A stretch of DNA of 64,000 nt from Balanoglossus misakiensis (taxonomy: Eukaryota > Animalia > Hemichordata). This document shows positions 1 through 11,822 of the stretch, in pieces. Position numbers and translations under genes: made by a program. The stretch covers positions 9,660,564 to 9,724,563 of the forward strand of contig CM082585.2 in the NCBI GenBank assembly GCA_040954595.2, written 5' to 3'. Position 1 is the first letter of the stretch. The number at the start of each line of letters is the position of its first letter. The notes beneath the pieces were generated by a model. The model made no database searches, was not told the DNA's origin, and saw only the letters and a program-made list of their open reading frames with translations.

Positions 1-3000
1 TCCGCAACGCGCTCGTTTCCAAGGGAAACGCGGTCGCCACGGAGAGCCCGACTCTCCCACCTTACATCAACATCACGAAGGACTGCCCGCCTCTGCCGCA
101 GCTGCCGGTGACGAGTGCGGCGGACCTAGGATCCAATTCAGCCGACGACACCTTTGCTGGCGATCTGTCGGGCATCTCCCACGACTGCTTGGCCTCGACG
201 TTACAGTTGATCACAGACTATGTCTGTTCGCCGAGGGAAAGATATGCAATGGCGAGTAAGTAAATTGCTGAGTGTGTGATGAAAGTGTGGTTTTAAGGCG
301 AAGAACATGGGGGAAATCGTCACATTCGTTAGTATGGTGTCTTTTACGTGTTAGTGTGGGGGAGGGAGGGGAGGTGGAGAGAGACAGAGAGATTACGCAT
401 CACTTTCAGGCAAGGAGTGTAAATGGTTCATCAAGAATGGAATAAGACGCTGCATTTACTTCTGAAGATGTACAGTTGTCGCGTGCCATTGACTTCGCGG
501 CCTTGTTGATAAATAAATGTCCAAAACATCATTACTTCCAGTCAGTACGGTGCAATTGTGAGAGCAAGGGGTACAAACACGCTCGGGCGATATCGCGGTG
601 TCAATAGTTGACCAGATAAAACAGAGTAGATCGCTTTATTGGCCTCACCGAAGTACCTGAAGAACATACCAGAGATACTGGTATACAATGGGGTAGGATC
701 TAACCAAACACAATTTGTCAGCCGGCTAGCTTGACAGTCGAACATCCCCGCTAACAACTTACGATCCAATGTGCACCTTTCGCATCATCAATCACACAGG
801 TGCACATCGTATGATACTGTTGGCCATTTGGAATGTGTAATATTCAAATGGTCTGTTTTCATGCTGTTCTCAGCACGAAAACAAGAGCCCTCAATGATAT
901 ATATATACTTTGTCCCGACTCCCGAGTTCACTCCATATCTTTGAACCATTTCATCCCATTTCCCTGTTTGGAGGTACATTCTTACCATAGGAAACAATGT
1001 ACTTTGACCAAACCATTGTGGTGAAAGGGCGAAAACGAAAGAAGAAAGTCCGTACCTAATATGGAAAAGACTGGTCCAGGAGATCTAAATTATGGTGTGG
1101 ATTATGGGCGTGCTATATGATGCGATTTAAGTTTGTTGACATCCAGCACAGGTCCACTGCTGATCGCACCGAGTGATAAACAATAATGTAGGGGCGACCT
1201 CAGCTCTCATTGCTTGGAAGTGCGTCGAACTTCCTTCTGATACGGTCTGCGATTCTATTTATAGTTACAAAAGTTCAAAATTTTCATTATTAAACATGTA
1301 TTCTTGTGATCTCATTGCAGTGGCAGACGCGGCCGGCAAAATTGAGAGCATGGTCTTCAGTCTGAACGTACGTTTCTTCGGCTCCTTCTTCAGCTGTCGT
1401 GACGAAACGGACATCCCTGTTACCATAGATACGTCGCAGTCTCTCACCTTCGACGGGCAATACTGTCTCCTTTCTGTGTACTTCCATTATTCGGTGAGAA
1501 GCGTACATTTTCATCTTCGCTGTAGAACGTATGAGTGGCCAATACATGTGTACAGGCCAATTTGTCAGTGCATGTGGTCATATAACATATGTGGTCAGTA
1601 TGTGGACGTCGACATATAACGTGCCTGGAAGAATCCGACGAGAAACACAAATGTTGCTATTGAAATAATCGTAAATTAGACAGAGAATTGAATTTCGAAA
1701 CGGAGAACTTTGCCAACCCCGAAAACGCAGTCAAAATGACTTTAATTCATTGATGTACACCTATATTTATTTTTCTCTCCCAAGTCTACTATAAGCATTC
1801 CCTTCCAAATCAGCACATGTTTGCCGAGCACCTGTTCAACCGAGGAAGTCCTGAATATTTCATCCGTTGGTGAGTAAAGACGCCCTCATGGTCCCTAACG
1901 AGAGTCAGTACATTGATAGTGTTGGGAAAAAATTAAAGTACATGTAGATAATGGTTGCCGGACTGTAAATATGAATGAACACAAATGATGTAGGAAAATG
2001 CTACAAACGTTCACCCAAAACTCAGACCTCTAACATACTGAATTTTTTATCTGTACTTTTCCCCCAGCGGTTTCGTTGCTCCGACAGTTCATTTTGGTGA
2101 AGGAGTTCGATGTGACGTCAGCATATTGTGACTACAATCCTGAATTGTCGGCAGGAGCCATCGTTATGATGTGAGTAAGCATGATCGTCTTGAAAGAATA
2201 CATCTGCCTCGGCTTGTGCATATATTTTTAGAATCGTTAATAATCATCATTATATGTATTGAAATATTTACAACGCCCGGAAAATAATCGCTGATATTTT
2301 TTCGTAGATGCATAATCGGCGTTCTGGTGCTGCTAGTGGTCTGCGGCTCGGTAGCAGACTACTGCATCCGGCGGAAGTACGCTGGGCTCGAGGAAGAGGA
2401 AGAGCAGGAACACGTCACGTCTGACGTCACAGGCGTTTTCACGCAAAGAAATAGCCAGGTGAATCTCGCTGAGCCTGAGCAGGTTATCAGGGATGGAAAT
2501 GGCGATGATGACGTCACGCCCACAGTAGAGAACATTCCGTCGAGCAGTGATGTCGACCGATATCAAAGCGACGTCGGTCTTTCAACCAAGAGGAAGACTA
2601 TCGGGGAATCTGTGTATTCTACAGAACAAGGTTGGTCGGATTTTTAAGAAAGTTTCCCTTTAACGCGACATTTGGAAAAAATATTGATTATCAACCAATC
2701 CAATTTCGGTATCTCTTTATAGTGGATCAACTTCTCTCTTTTTCTGTTTCAGCGAAGAGATGGAGCCCGTTGCTGGCATTCTCTGTCTACCTCAATGGCC
2801 CAGAGGTTCTCAGCACAAAGTCTGAACACAGCGCACCCTGGCTGAACAGTGTCTACGGAATGCGAGTGTTATCAATCATGTGGGTTATGTATGGCATGAA
2901 TTATCAAGTATCGGTCACCGTGTCAAGTAAGCAAAGTCTCATGTTCAAGAGTATATGCTCGCATACTTAGTTTAATTAAGAAAATCGGTTTGAAAAAATG

Positions 3001-5603
3001 CTGAACTGATTGAGAACATCAAATAAATTGTTTTCTGAATAAACTCTGATCTCATACATGTATTTATCACCTGCAGTGAATCCCGCTGATTATAGTACGG
3101 GCTCGTTTATTGGTCAAACAGTGTCTGACCCTTCCATGGCAACCGACACCTTTCTCATCATCAGGTAACCAACCGAAAGACTATCTACTTCATTTTGATA
3201 TTTCTGTTTATATTTTTGCATACGTCACATTTTTTTTTTAATTTTAGGAAACTTAGTTTTCCCTTCATATTATATATTGACTATTAATACATTTCTATTT
3301 TGTAGTGGTCTTTTGGTCACCTACTGGGGCATGAAACATTTGAAAGAGAACGGCAAGGTCAACTGGCTACTTTTCTATTTGCACAAGTTTTGGCGGTAAG
3401 CAGAATTGTCGGCAGCTTTTATCATTCCAGTGTAAGCTAAGAAGGGGTGGCTCTCATGCATTACGTACGCACCCGTTTATTATTTAACTTTTCCATATTT
3501 TAGTATACAGCCGCATTCAGAGGTTGATAATATGTTAGTGTATACCAATCAGTATATTGATTTGTTTTTCATTTTTTTTCAGACTCTTCCCGCTTTATTA
3601 CTTCGTCTTGTTCTACTTCATGTACTGCTTAGTGTACACATGCCTCGGACCAACCAAGTATTTACTGGACAAGCAACTGGACGTGTGCTACGAAAATTGG
3701 TGGACGGTCGTGTTGTTCATCCAGAATCTGTATCCGTACCATGACGGGATGAGATTCAGGTGCTTGGGTTGGTCGTGGTATGTTAGTCTGTTGGTGCAGT
3801 ATCTCATCATTACTCCAATTATACTGGTCATACTTCACTGGTAAGTCGTCCTTTAACAAGCATTTTTTTTAGAATCCACGTATCCCCTTTTCTCAAATGT
3901 ATCACCACCTCACATGATGATGTGGTCAATGGTTAAGATACACATGTAACTGTGCTGTATTTATTGCAGGCGGAAGGTTTGGGGGTTCATCACCATTGGA
4001 GCGCTATTCTTGGTTGATTTTGTTTGTACAATTCTCATAGTGGGATATTGGGGACTGCCAGTCGACAGTTCAATGGAGTAAGTGGCAACTTTTGTGACCC
4101 GTGTATTTCGATTGTGGTTTTCTATTGTCGGACCATTAAAGGCCAACGATCGTCTTATGCGCATGTGCGTAATTTCGCCCAATCCAATCTTGCAGACCAT
4201 TCAACAATAGGAGCGATTACAAACAACTAGGTGACTACATCGACACAAAGCCGCAGACGAGACTTGCTAGTTATTTGGTCGGAATGTGCCTCGGTTACCT
4301 GATCGTCAATGAAGTATATAAACAGAAACGGCTCAATAAGGTATGTCCATTCTAGTTTAAAGGGCGACGATCGTCTTATGCGCATGTGCCAAACCAGAGA
4401 CTCTGGTTTTAAAAAATGTATACAGTTAATGCTATAAGACAGTGTGTGCTGTCCTAACAAAAGACAATGTGAAAGCCCAGGATGAAATGTTGGCTCCCCC
4501 TTCAGCACAATTGACAAATCAAAGTCCGACACATCATCGCCATTCATGACAGTATGGTCTTTTCATCTTCTCTTGGCAGTGGTTGGTGGCGCTTTTGTGG
4601 ATCCTGTCAATTATTATCGGTATCTGGATGGTCTACGCCAAATATTGGGCGCTGAACGGTCCCGAGTGGGGGCTCGGCCTGACTATCCTCTACTACGCAT
4701 TCAGTCGCTTTTTCTATTCACTTTGTGTGGCGTGGTGTCTGTTTGCCTGTATCCATGGTTACGGAGGTAAGCTGAAGAGTGCTTTTGTAGTTTTTCTTTA
4801 TGTTTCAAAGCGGGAGTATCTGTCTGCCTGTCCGTCCATCCATCCATCCATCCATCCATCCATCCTGAGTAAGTGAGTCTACTTGAAATTGCTTGGCATC
4901 TGCCGTGACCAGTTTTACGTGATCTAGTGACCGATAGTGTTTTTTCCCTCCGAAATCAGGATTCGTCAACCGATTTTTGTCCTGGAAGTTTTTCATCCCT
5001 CTCGGGCGCCTCGTTTACTGTCTGTTCCTGATTCACCCCGTTCTCATGATCAAAACTCTGGTCGGCAGTGAAGTCCAACTGTATGTCTACGATCTCAATT
5101 TTGTGAGTATCCTCCATATAGATAAACCAGGCATTGCTTAGTATATTTAAATTCGAAGAATTGCTAACGATACTTCCTTGTATAGAAGCCGTTTAGTTTG
5201 ATGTGACTTTTCCAGTAATCTAGACTAGCCCACTATAGTCGCTTGGGGATTCTGTGTTATATAAAATTGTCATATAAAGGCTCCAAACAAAGTTTCTGAA
5301 ATTAATGTTATGAAATAAGTAAGCACATAGACTTGGGGCAGGTCTACCAGTAATCGTACACATGTCTGGCAACTTTGGTTACATCGGCCATGACGGCAAC
5401 CACCGTTGATGGCGATAAGACCATGAATCCATAAAAGGAAATGTCCTGCATGTTTTAATCTTTTGCAGGTGTATCTTTTCGTGCCACACCTGATGTTCGG
5501 GTTCTTTTTATCCTTCTGGCTCGTGTTGTTGATCGAGAGACCGTTCATGAAGCTGGAGCGGTTGATGTATCGTCGTGGTCTCAAAAACACCGTGTCGAGT
5601 TAG
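1..5603 (+). CDS. NRF-6/OACYL-like protein (NRF domain + acyltransferase-3 domain), paralogue 1, 5'-truncated
   Basis: 14 phase-consistent GT-AG exons: <1-255, 1321-1493, 1785-1869, 2068-2170, 2308-2630, 2753-2926, 3077-3164, 3306-3395, 3583-3840, 3970-4077, 4196-4340, 4580-4766, 4960-5102, 5469-5603 (TAG). NRF motifs DAAGK..FFGSFFSC, GQYC, CLPSTCS. AT3 motifs GMRVLSIMWV, DTFLIISGLL, NWWTVVLFIQN, CLGWSWY, FLSWKFFIPLGRLVYCLFLIHP, IERPF. Confidence 0.9.
4835..4865. repeat. (TCCA)n microsatellite
   Basis: About 7.5 perfect units in intron 12 of NRF-6 paralogue 1. Confidence 0.9.
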
Positions 5604-6327
5604 CAGCGAGACTTCACGTGGCTCTGCGAGAATGCGCGATTATTCCGGGTCGCAATCGATTGTCGGCGAGACGCAACAACTTGAATGCAATACAGTTGTA
5701 TAATCATTGATATACTTAAATATTTTAGTTACTCTTGATTTAGTTTTCATTAATTTGTAAATGTTTTGGTTTCAAACGCTGTATATTATCTTTCGAAATT
5801 TTATTCAAAGAACATAGTCTTTAGATAGTATTTTTCTGTTTGTATGTTTTCCTCTCTGTGACTGTCTTTTGAGAATCCTTTCAATACTGGATGTAACTAT
5901 TTCATCCGTACAAAAGTTTAATTTTTGAACAGACAAATTGCATTTCTTTTTATACTGGAACCTTTGGGACGTTTTTTGACTTGCTCCGTATCACGGTGGT
6001 TTTATAGATGATGTCGGACCGACTAATGGCGTTATAGGCTAAGTGACAAAATAAAAAAGTCACCCCAAAATCATCAACTTGTATTTGTGGGTGTCGAACT
6101 AAGAAACGTTAGCTACGTAGCAAGGGAATCAAATCCTAATATAAACACCAACAACAACAACACGACAAAGACAGAGATAACCAGTAATAATCACGCGGAC
6201 CGACTCTATTACGTAAGGAGATGTTTTTTAACCATCCTATCAAATCTTGTAGCATCAGAGTGCTCACGTGATCGCGCGATTGCTGCTTGAACGGAATCTT
6301 ACAGATTCAGGCCAAGTCTTCGTGGAG

Positions 6328-9300
6328 ATGTCTCCGCACATCTTTTTGTCGTTGTGCCTGGCGTTTCACGGCATCTCCATTGCAAACGGCGCTCGCCAAT
6401 CCCACATATATGAAGAGCCCTCCTTGCTGAGGTACCAGGAGAGCCTGAACAAAATCCAGACACTTTTCCGACTCGGTGGTGGTGGTGGGCCGAGCGAGAG
6501 CCTGTTGATTCCGTTGGCCCTGCAGACGCCCATCATCAACGTCACGAAAAGTTGCCCGGTTGAACTTCTGACCCGATCAGCGGACGGCGACGATGATGAG
6601 TCGGCGGGCAAAAGAACAGACACCGGGGACCAGCCAAACAGAGTTGCCGATATCGTCGACGATATACGAGACCAACTGGTCAATGTTTCCGATGCGTGCC
6701 TCGTTCCTGCAATACAGGTCATCGTTGACTACAACTGCGTGCCTCGAGAAAGATACGCAGTTGAAAGTAAGTCATTCCACGCCCATAGTTGGCCCATTTC
6801 ACGGCCGAATATACTTAGGGGGCTTTCATTTATTGCTGTTGGGAGGTTCTAATAGTCTGTCGCGAAACTTCTCATAGGTAATACATCAGCCCGAAAAGCC
6901 CCCCCCCCCCCTTTCGATCTAATTTTTGGAAACTTCCTGGGGGCGAAAAAGTCCCTTCACCTGGTGGACAGACTAACCTTAGCATTACGTAATCAGTGTT
7001 GCTGCTTGTGTGTGTACTTCAGTCGGTGGCAACAAACATCGACTATAGGGGAAGGACATACAGAAGTACACATGTAATTATATTCTGTACCACAAAACTT
7101 AAAATGTCAAAAAAACTTTGGTCTTGTTTTGTGGTGGTGCCATCGCTGTTACCATAATGGACTACACCATTTACCAATGTGTCTCTTATCCTTCCACAGA
7201 ATCAAATTACTGACAATCAATTCTCATAGATAAAGTTCGGTAACTCCAAATTGTACCTCGGAGATAAACCAAGTGATACCTTGTATTATTTACTTAAATC
7301 TCATATAGGATGAGGGCCTAATCACAGGTATAATCTAACAGCCGGTGAGGGGGGGGGGGGGTTAGCTGACTAAAGTATTAGCCTTGTATCCTGTTCGCCT
7401 CTTTTTCAGTGTACGATGCCATGGGTAAACTCGAAAGTTTCGTGTTGCGAGGAAACACAAGATTCTTTGGCGCCTTCCATGAATGTCGTGAAGTGCAGAA
7501 TATTCCGGTCACCATCAGTCCAGAATTTGAACCGTCCTCGTTCAACGCGCAGTATTGTGTCGCAACCACAGTCTACCCAAGATCGGTAAGTTTCGTCACC
7601 ACCGCTGTAGGCCTACATCTTCGAACTGAAAGATTGTAAAGTGTCCGGGTTTTGTAATCTTTCCTACGAAAAGATTTGTCACTGATATGATGGTGACGAC
7701 GAGGACGATCTGGCGATGATGATGGTGGTGGTGTTGGTGTTGATGGGGGTGACGTTTCGGCTTGAAACACTGGTAAATGCACTCATTAAAGGTACGCGGT
7801 CACCTATGTAAATGCGGCCACAATTACCATGGCAACTTTAGATCTACCCAACCAGATTTTTCAGCGGGTGATCGAGCGAAATAATGCGCCCCCAAAGTGG
7901 TCATTAGACGCCATCTTCGACCGCATATGGGTATATGCAGATTAGACATAATGCTTGTTTTCCATTTGTAGTCAGGGACCGGGATACCAATTCAGCTGGG
8001 AGTCTGCGTTCCTGATACCTGTACAAAAGAAGAAGTCATATCCGTCGTTAAATTAGGTAGCGTGTCAATTTACCATTTTATTTGTACATCGAGCATTCTC
8101 CGGTATCGGCCAGTGCTTATACCTGTGTTCTTCTGTGTTTACTATTGCACACGTTTTTAGAAAGTTCAAGTTTTCTGACCCCAAATCAGATGATCTGGTA
8201 ATCGCCATATCATGTACTTCTGATTTGTTAACACAAATGTAATTGATAGAAAGAAGAGAATAATTTTTGATTGTAACATCTTGAATTGGAAACAGGTCTT
8301 GAAAACCGTCCACTGTCCATACTTTATGGCAATCTAGATGTCTTAGACGTTTATTGTGACTACGACGAACCGCTTTCTGTTGGAGCTTTGAGCGTAATGT
8401 AAGTATAAGAATCATGTTGGCGAGAGAGAGAGCAACAGAAGCTTGACATGATTATGATAGATAATGGAGTTAGAGAAAGAATATTTTTGACATGTCGTTT
8501 ATACGTAGATATGTTATTTTGTTTATATGACAATTAATTCGCAGTGCTGTTACCGGCGTAGTGGGATTACTTGTTATTATAGCAACGCTCATAGACGTTC
8601 ACCGACGATACACCAAAGGTGCGTCAGATGATGACACGGTTAAACTTGCGTCGTGCACACCTTTGGTAGAAGGACATTCAGAAACAGATGCGGACAGAGA
8701 GGATGTCGATGCCCAGAAGGTGGAATCCGAAACGCTTCAATCTGATCCCAAGGTTGACCCAGAAAGCGAGGCACTGGACAAGGTGTACGAAGAAGTTGAT
8801 CCCGTAGAAGAAGCGCAGATAGAAGCGGAAACAGCATCGGTATCGGATAAAATTTATCAGTCACCAGAATCACTAGAAAAAGGTAACTTCAGCGACCATC
8901 TTCAGTGAGATGAAAGTTTTGTTACGTATCTTCTTCGCGTAGAAACAAACTTTGTGACTTGGATAGTGAACATTCGCGTTGATTTTTTTTTGTCGATGCT
9001 TCAATAATTTTTTGTTTCTTTTTTTTTGGCACGCATCTTAAAGTTACGCCTCCACTACTGACGTCATTCTCAATGATCACGAGTAGCGAGTATCTGCTCT
9101 CCACCGGATTAGACAACGGTTCCAAAACTCTAACATCGATCTATGGCATGAGATTCTTGAGTATGATGTGGATCATGTACGGTATGAATTATGAGATGAC
9201 CTTGACGGCTGTGTGTAAGTACTTACCATGTGTGGTATAATTATCCATTATAGTACATTATGAAGTTCCTCGCACGTTTTTGTTAAAAAGTATATTTATT

Positions 9301-11822
9301 AGTCGTGGTGTAAATTCAATTTGGTAAAAAAATTGTCTCCTTCGATATTAATATTTTTCAGTAAATCCAGTTGACTTGGGCGGAAGTTCGATCATCAGCC
9401 AGCCAGTCGGAGATCCCGGCCTTGCTACAGACACATATCTCCTTATAAGGTAAAATCAAAATAATTGATGCGCAGAAGTTTCTCTCCCATCCTTTGCCAT
9501 GCGCGTGGAGGGCGCTCAGGCCCTGTGCTTTGCTATACGAACATCTCCTGTTTGCTATGGTTACGATACGATGGACGACCATACTTTCATCTTTTTATGT
9601 CAGGACTCACCTTTGTTTTACAGCATGTTCATTTTTTTTATTCACAGCGGATTACTGGTTACCTATTGGACGCTATTGGAACTGAAAAAGTGCGACACCG
9701 TGAACTGGTTGGCTTTCGCTGTGCATAAGCTAATAAGGTCGGCAAAAACGTGTTAATTTAGTGGTACATTCGTGTGGTTCGTTTCCCGAACATGTAACAA
9801 ATAATACTATGGCATTTTGGTGGAAAATTGTTTGTTGCTTTGGTCAAGAGACTTGCTTACGCCTGCCCATATCTGTCGATCAAGTATTCGAATGACCATA
9901 TGGTGGCGCATTTTTGTCGCGTGGCCACCCACTGAAAATCTAGTTTTCAACTTTCCATCGAAACTGTGGCTGAATTTGGAAGGGTGACGGTCTGTACCTT
10001 TAATTTTCTTCCCCCAGGTTATCACCAAGCTACTACTTCGCGCTCTTTTTCTTCATGTACGTGTCCGTGTACATCAGCAAGGGGCCGATGCAGTTCATGT
10101 TAGAGGCGGCCATCGAACCCTGCTACGACTACTGGTGGACGAATCTGCTGTACATTCAGAACCTGTACCCGTACCTGGACCCACTACGCCAGCGGTGCAT
10201 GGGGTGGTCCTGGTGTGTTTGTTTGTTGGCGCAGTATTACGTCATCACGCCGTTCATAGCGCTGGCCCTACACTGGTAAGCTGATTCGTGTAGTGTAGGA
10301 TATGATGAGCGAGAAATTAGAGCAAGAAAGCAAAAATAATTTCTCGAGAGATTGGGAAAAGTGAAGGATTTTAAGTCCGTCCCCGAAAAGTCGTTCATAA
10401 TCCTCTATTTCTCTCACTTTGAATACGCAGGAAGAAGAGCGTGGGATTCTTTCTCATTGGCCTTTTCTTCATCGTCGATTTCGTGAGCACGGGACTCCTA
10501 TCTTGGTACTACGGATTACCAGCTGTTGGAGGTCTGCCGTAAGTATCCAATATAATACGCTGCATCACGCTATTCACGATCGACACCCTCAAAGGGTGAC
10601 AGTGAACAGTAGGGGAACAGGGTAAAGATAGACCAAAAATGGAAAATAAACAAACAACAACATCCATGACTCTCCAAATTAAACATGTTCTTTCATCATT
10701 TTTAAGGTATTACAACGAGAACGCTTCAGACAGCCCTTTTGCAGACTACATCTATACAAAACCACATACACGTCTTTCGAGCTATCTCGTTGGAATCTGC
10801 CTCGGTTATATTCTAGTGCACCATAATACAAAGAGGAGAATAAATAAGGTTTGTGCAACCGATTTTCAACCGTACACACACGAAAAATAAGAAAAGGTTA
10901 TACCATATACTCTGGTTCCAGGGTCGATGTCCGCGGGATACATGGTTTGTTTTCAATACACGTTTTCCCGTACCTTAGGACAACTTGCATCATGTAAAGC
11001 AGTGTAGAATTATGTCGCATTTGTTACTTTCTAGTTCTTGCAAGCGGTATGCTGGATCTTGTCGATTGTCAGTGGTTTCACAATGGTTTACTGCAAGTAT
11101 TGGGCGGGCAAAGAGCCGGCGTGGACCCAAGCGATGACCGTGGCCTTCTTGACCTTCAATCGTTTTCTGTTTTCCCTGGCTGTTGGGTGGTGTCTCTTTG
11201 CCTGTGCGACGGGACGTGGAGGTGTGTGGAATTTGAAAACTTTCCAATGTAGTTGGTCCACTTTGCTACAAAAGTATTTCGAGATTGTGAGAAAATGTCA
11301 TGTATGACGAGGTAGTTTTCCGTGATAGTGGTGGTGGTAGTCGCAGCTTGTCCACGACTCACTTTCTCAATGTTAATAACTTAGCTCAAATGTATCACTC
11401 AGGTCCTGTCAACAGGTTTTTATCATGGAAGTTTTTCTTCCCGCTCGGACGCCTTACCTATGTGGTATACTTGATTCACCCAATCATCATGGCGAAGTTT
11501 GCGGCTGGCGGAGAGAGACAGATTTTTGTCAGCGATTTGAATTTTGTGAGTGTAGCCTAACGGACACTTTTGTTTCCTTGCTTACAGCGTAAGCTGAAAA
11601 CTTGCATTAAAACTTCTTATCCGAACCATGCTTTCCTTTTGAGAAGATATTAACGATGAGCAGAACAAAACTAATTCATGTTATGTGGTTTTGTTTCAGA
11701 TGTACCTCTACGTTGCTCAACTCTTCTTCAGCTATTTCGTGGCGTTTTTTGTCTCGCTTCTTTTTGAGAGACCCTATCTGCAACTGGAAAAGGCGATTTA
11801 TAAGAGATATTTCCGAACTTAG
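6328..11822 (+). CDS. NRF-6/OACYL-like protein (NRF domain + acyltransferase-3 domain), paralogue 2, complete
   Basis: 14 exons with the same intron positions and phases as paralogue 1: 6328-6766, 7410-7585, 7972-8056, 8296-8398, 8545-8882, 9044-9214, 9362-9449, 9648-9737, 10018-10275, 10431-10538, 10707-10848, 11035-11221, 11403-11545, 11700-11822 (TAG). Signal-peptide-like start MSPHIFLSLCLAFHG. Motifs DAMGK..GNTRFFGAFHEC, GVCVPDTCT, YWWTNLLYIQN, YTKPHTR, LGRLTYVVYLIHP, FERPY. Confidence 0.92.
7786..7906 (+). mobile_element. TTAAAGG-terminated DNA transposon end (Kolobok/piggyBac-like), copy 1
   Basis: Begins TTAAAGGTAC and aligns by eye with the reverse complement of 9891-10003 (shared blocks gtcacc, gccaca, agattttt?cag.gggtg, aatgcgcc, tggtcatt). 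Confidence 0.6.
9891..10003 (-). mobile_element. TTAAAGG-terminated DNA transposon end, copy 2 (inverted relative to copy 1)
   Basis: Ends GTACCTTTAA; its reverse complement is homologous to 7786-7906. Confidence 0.6.
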
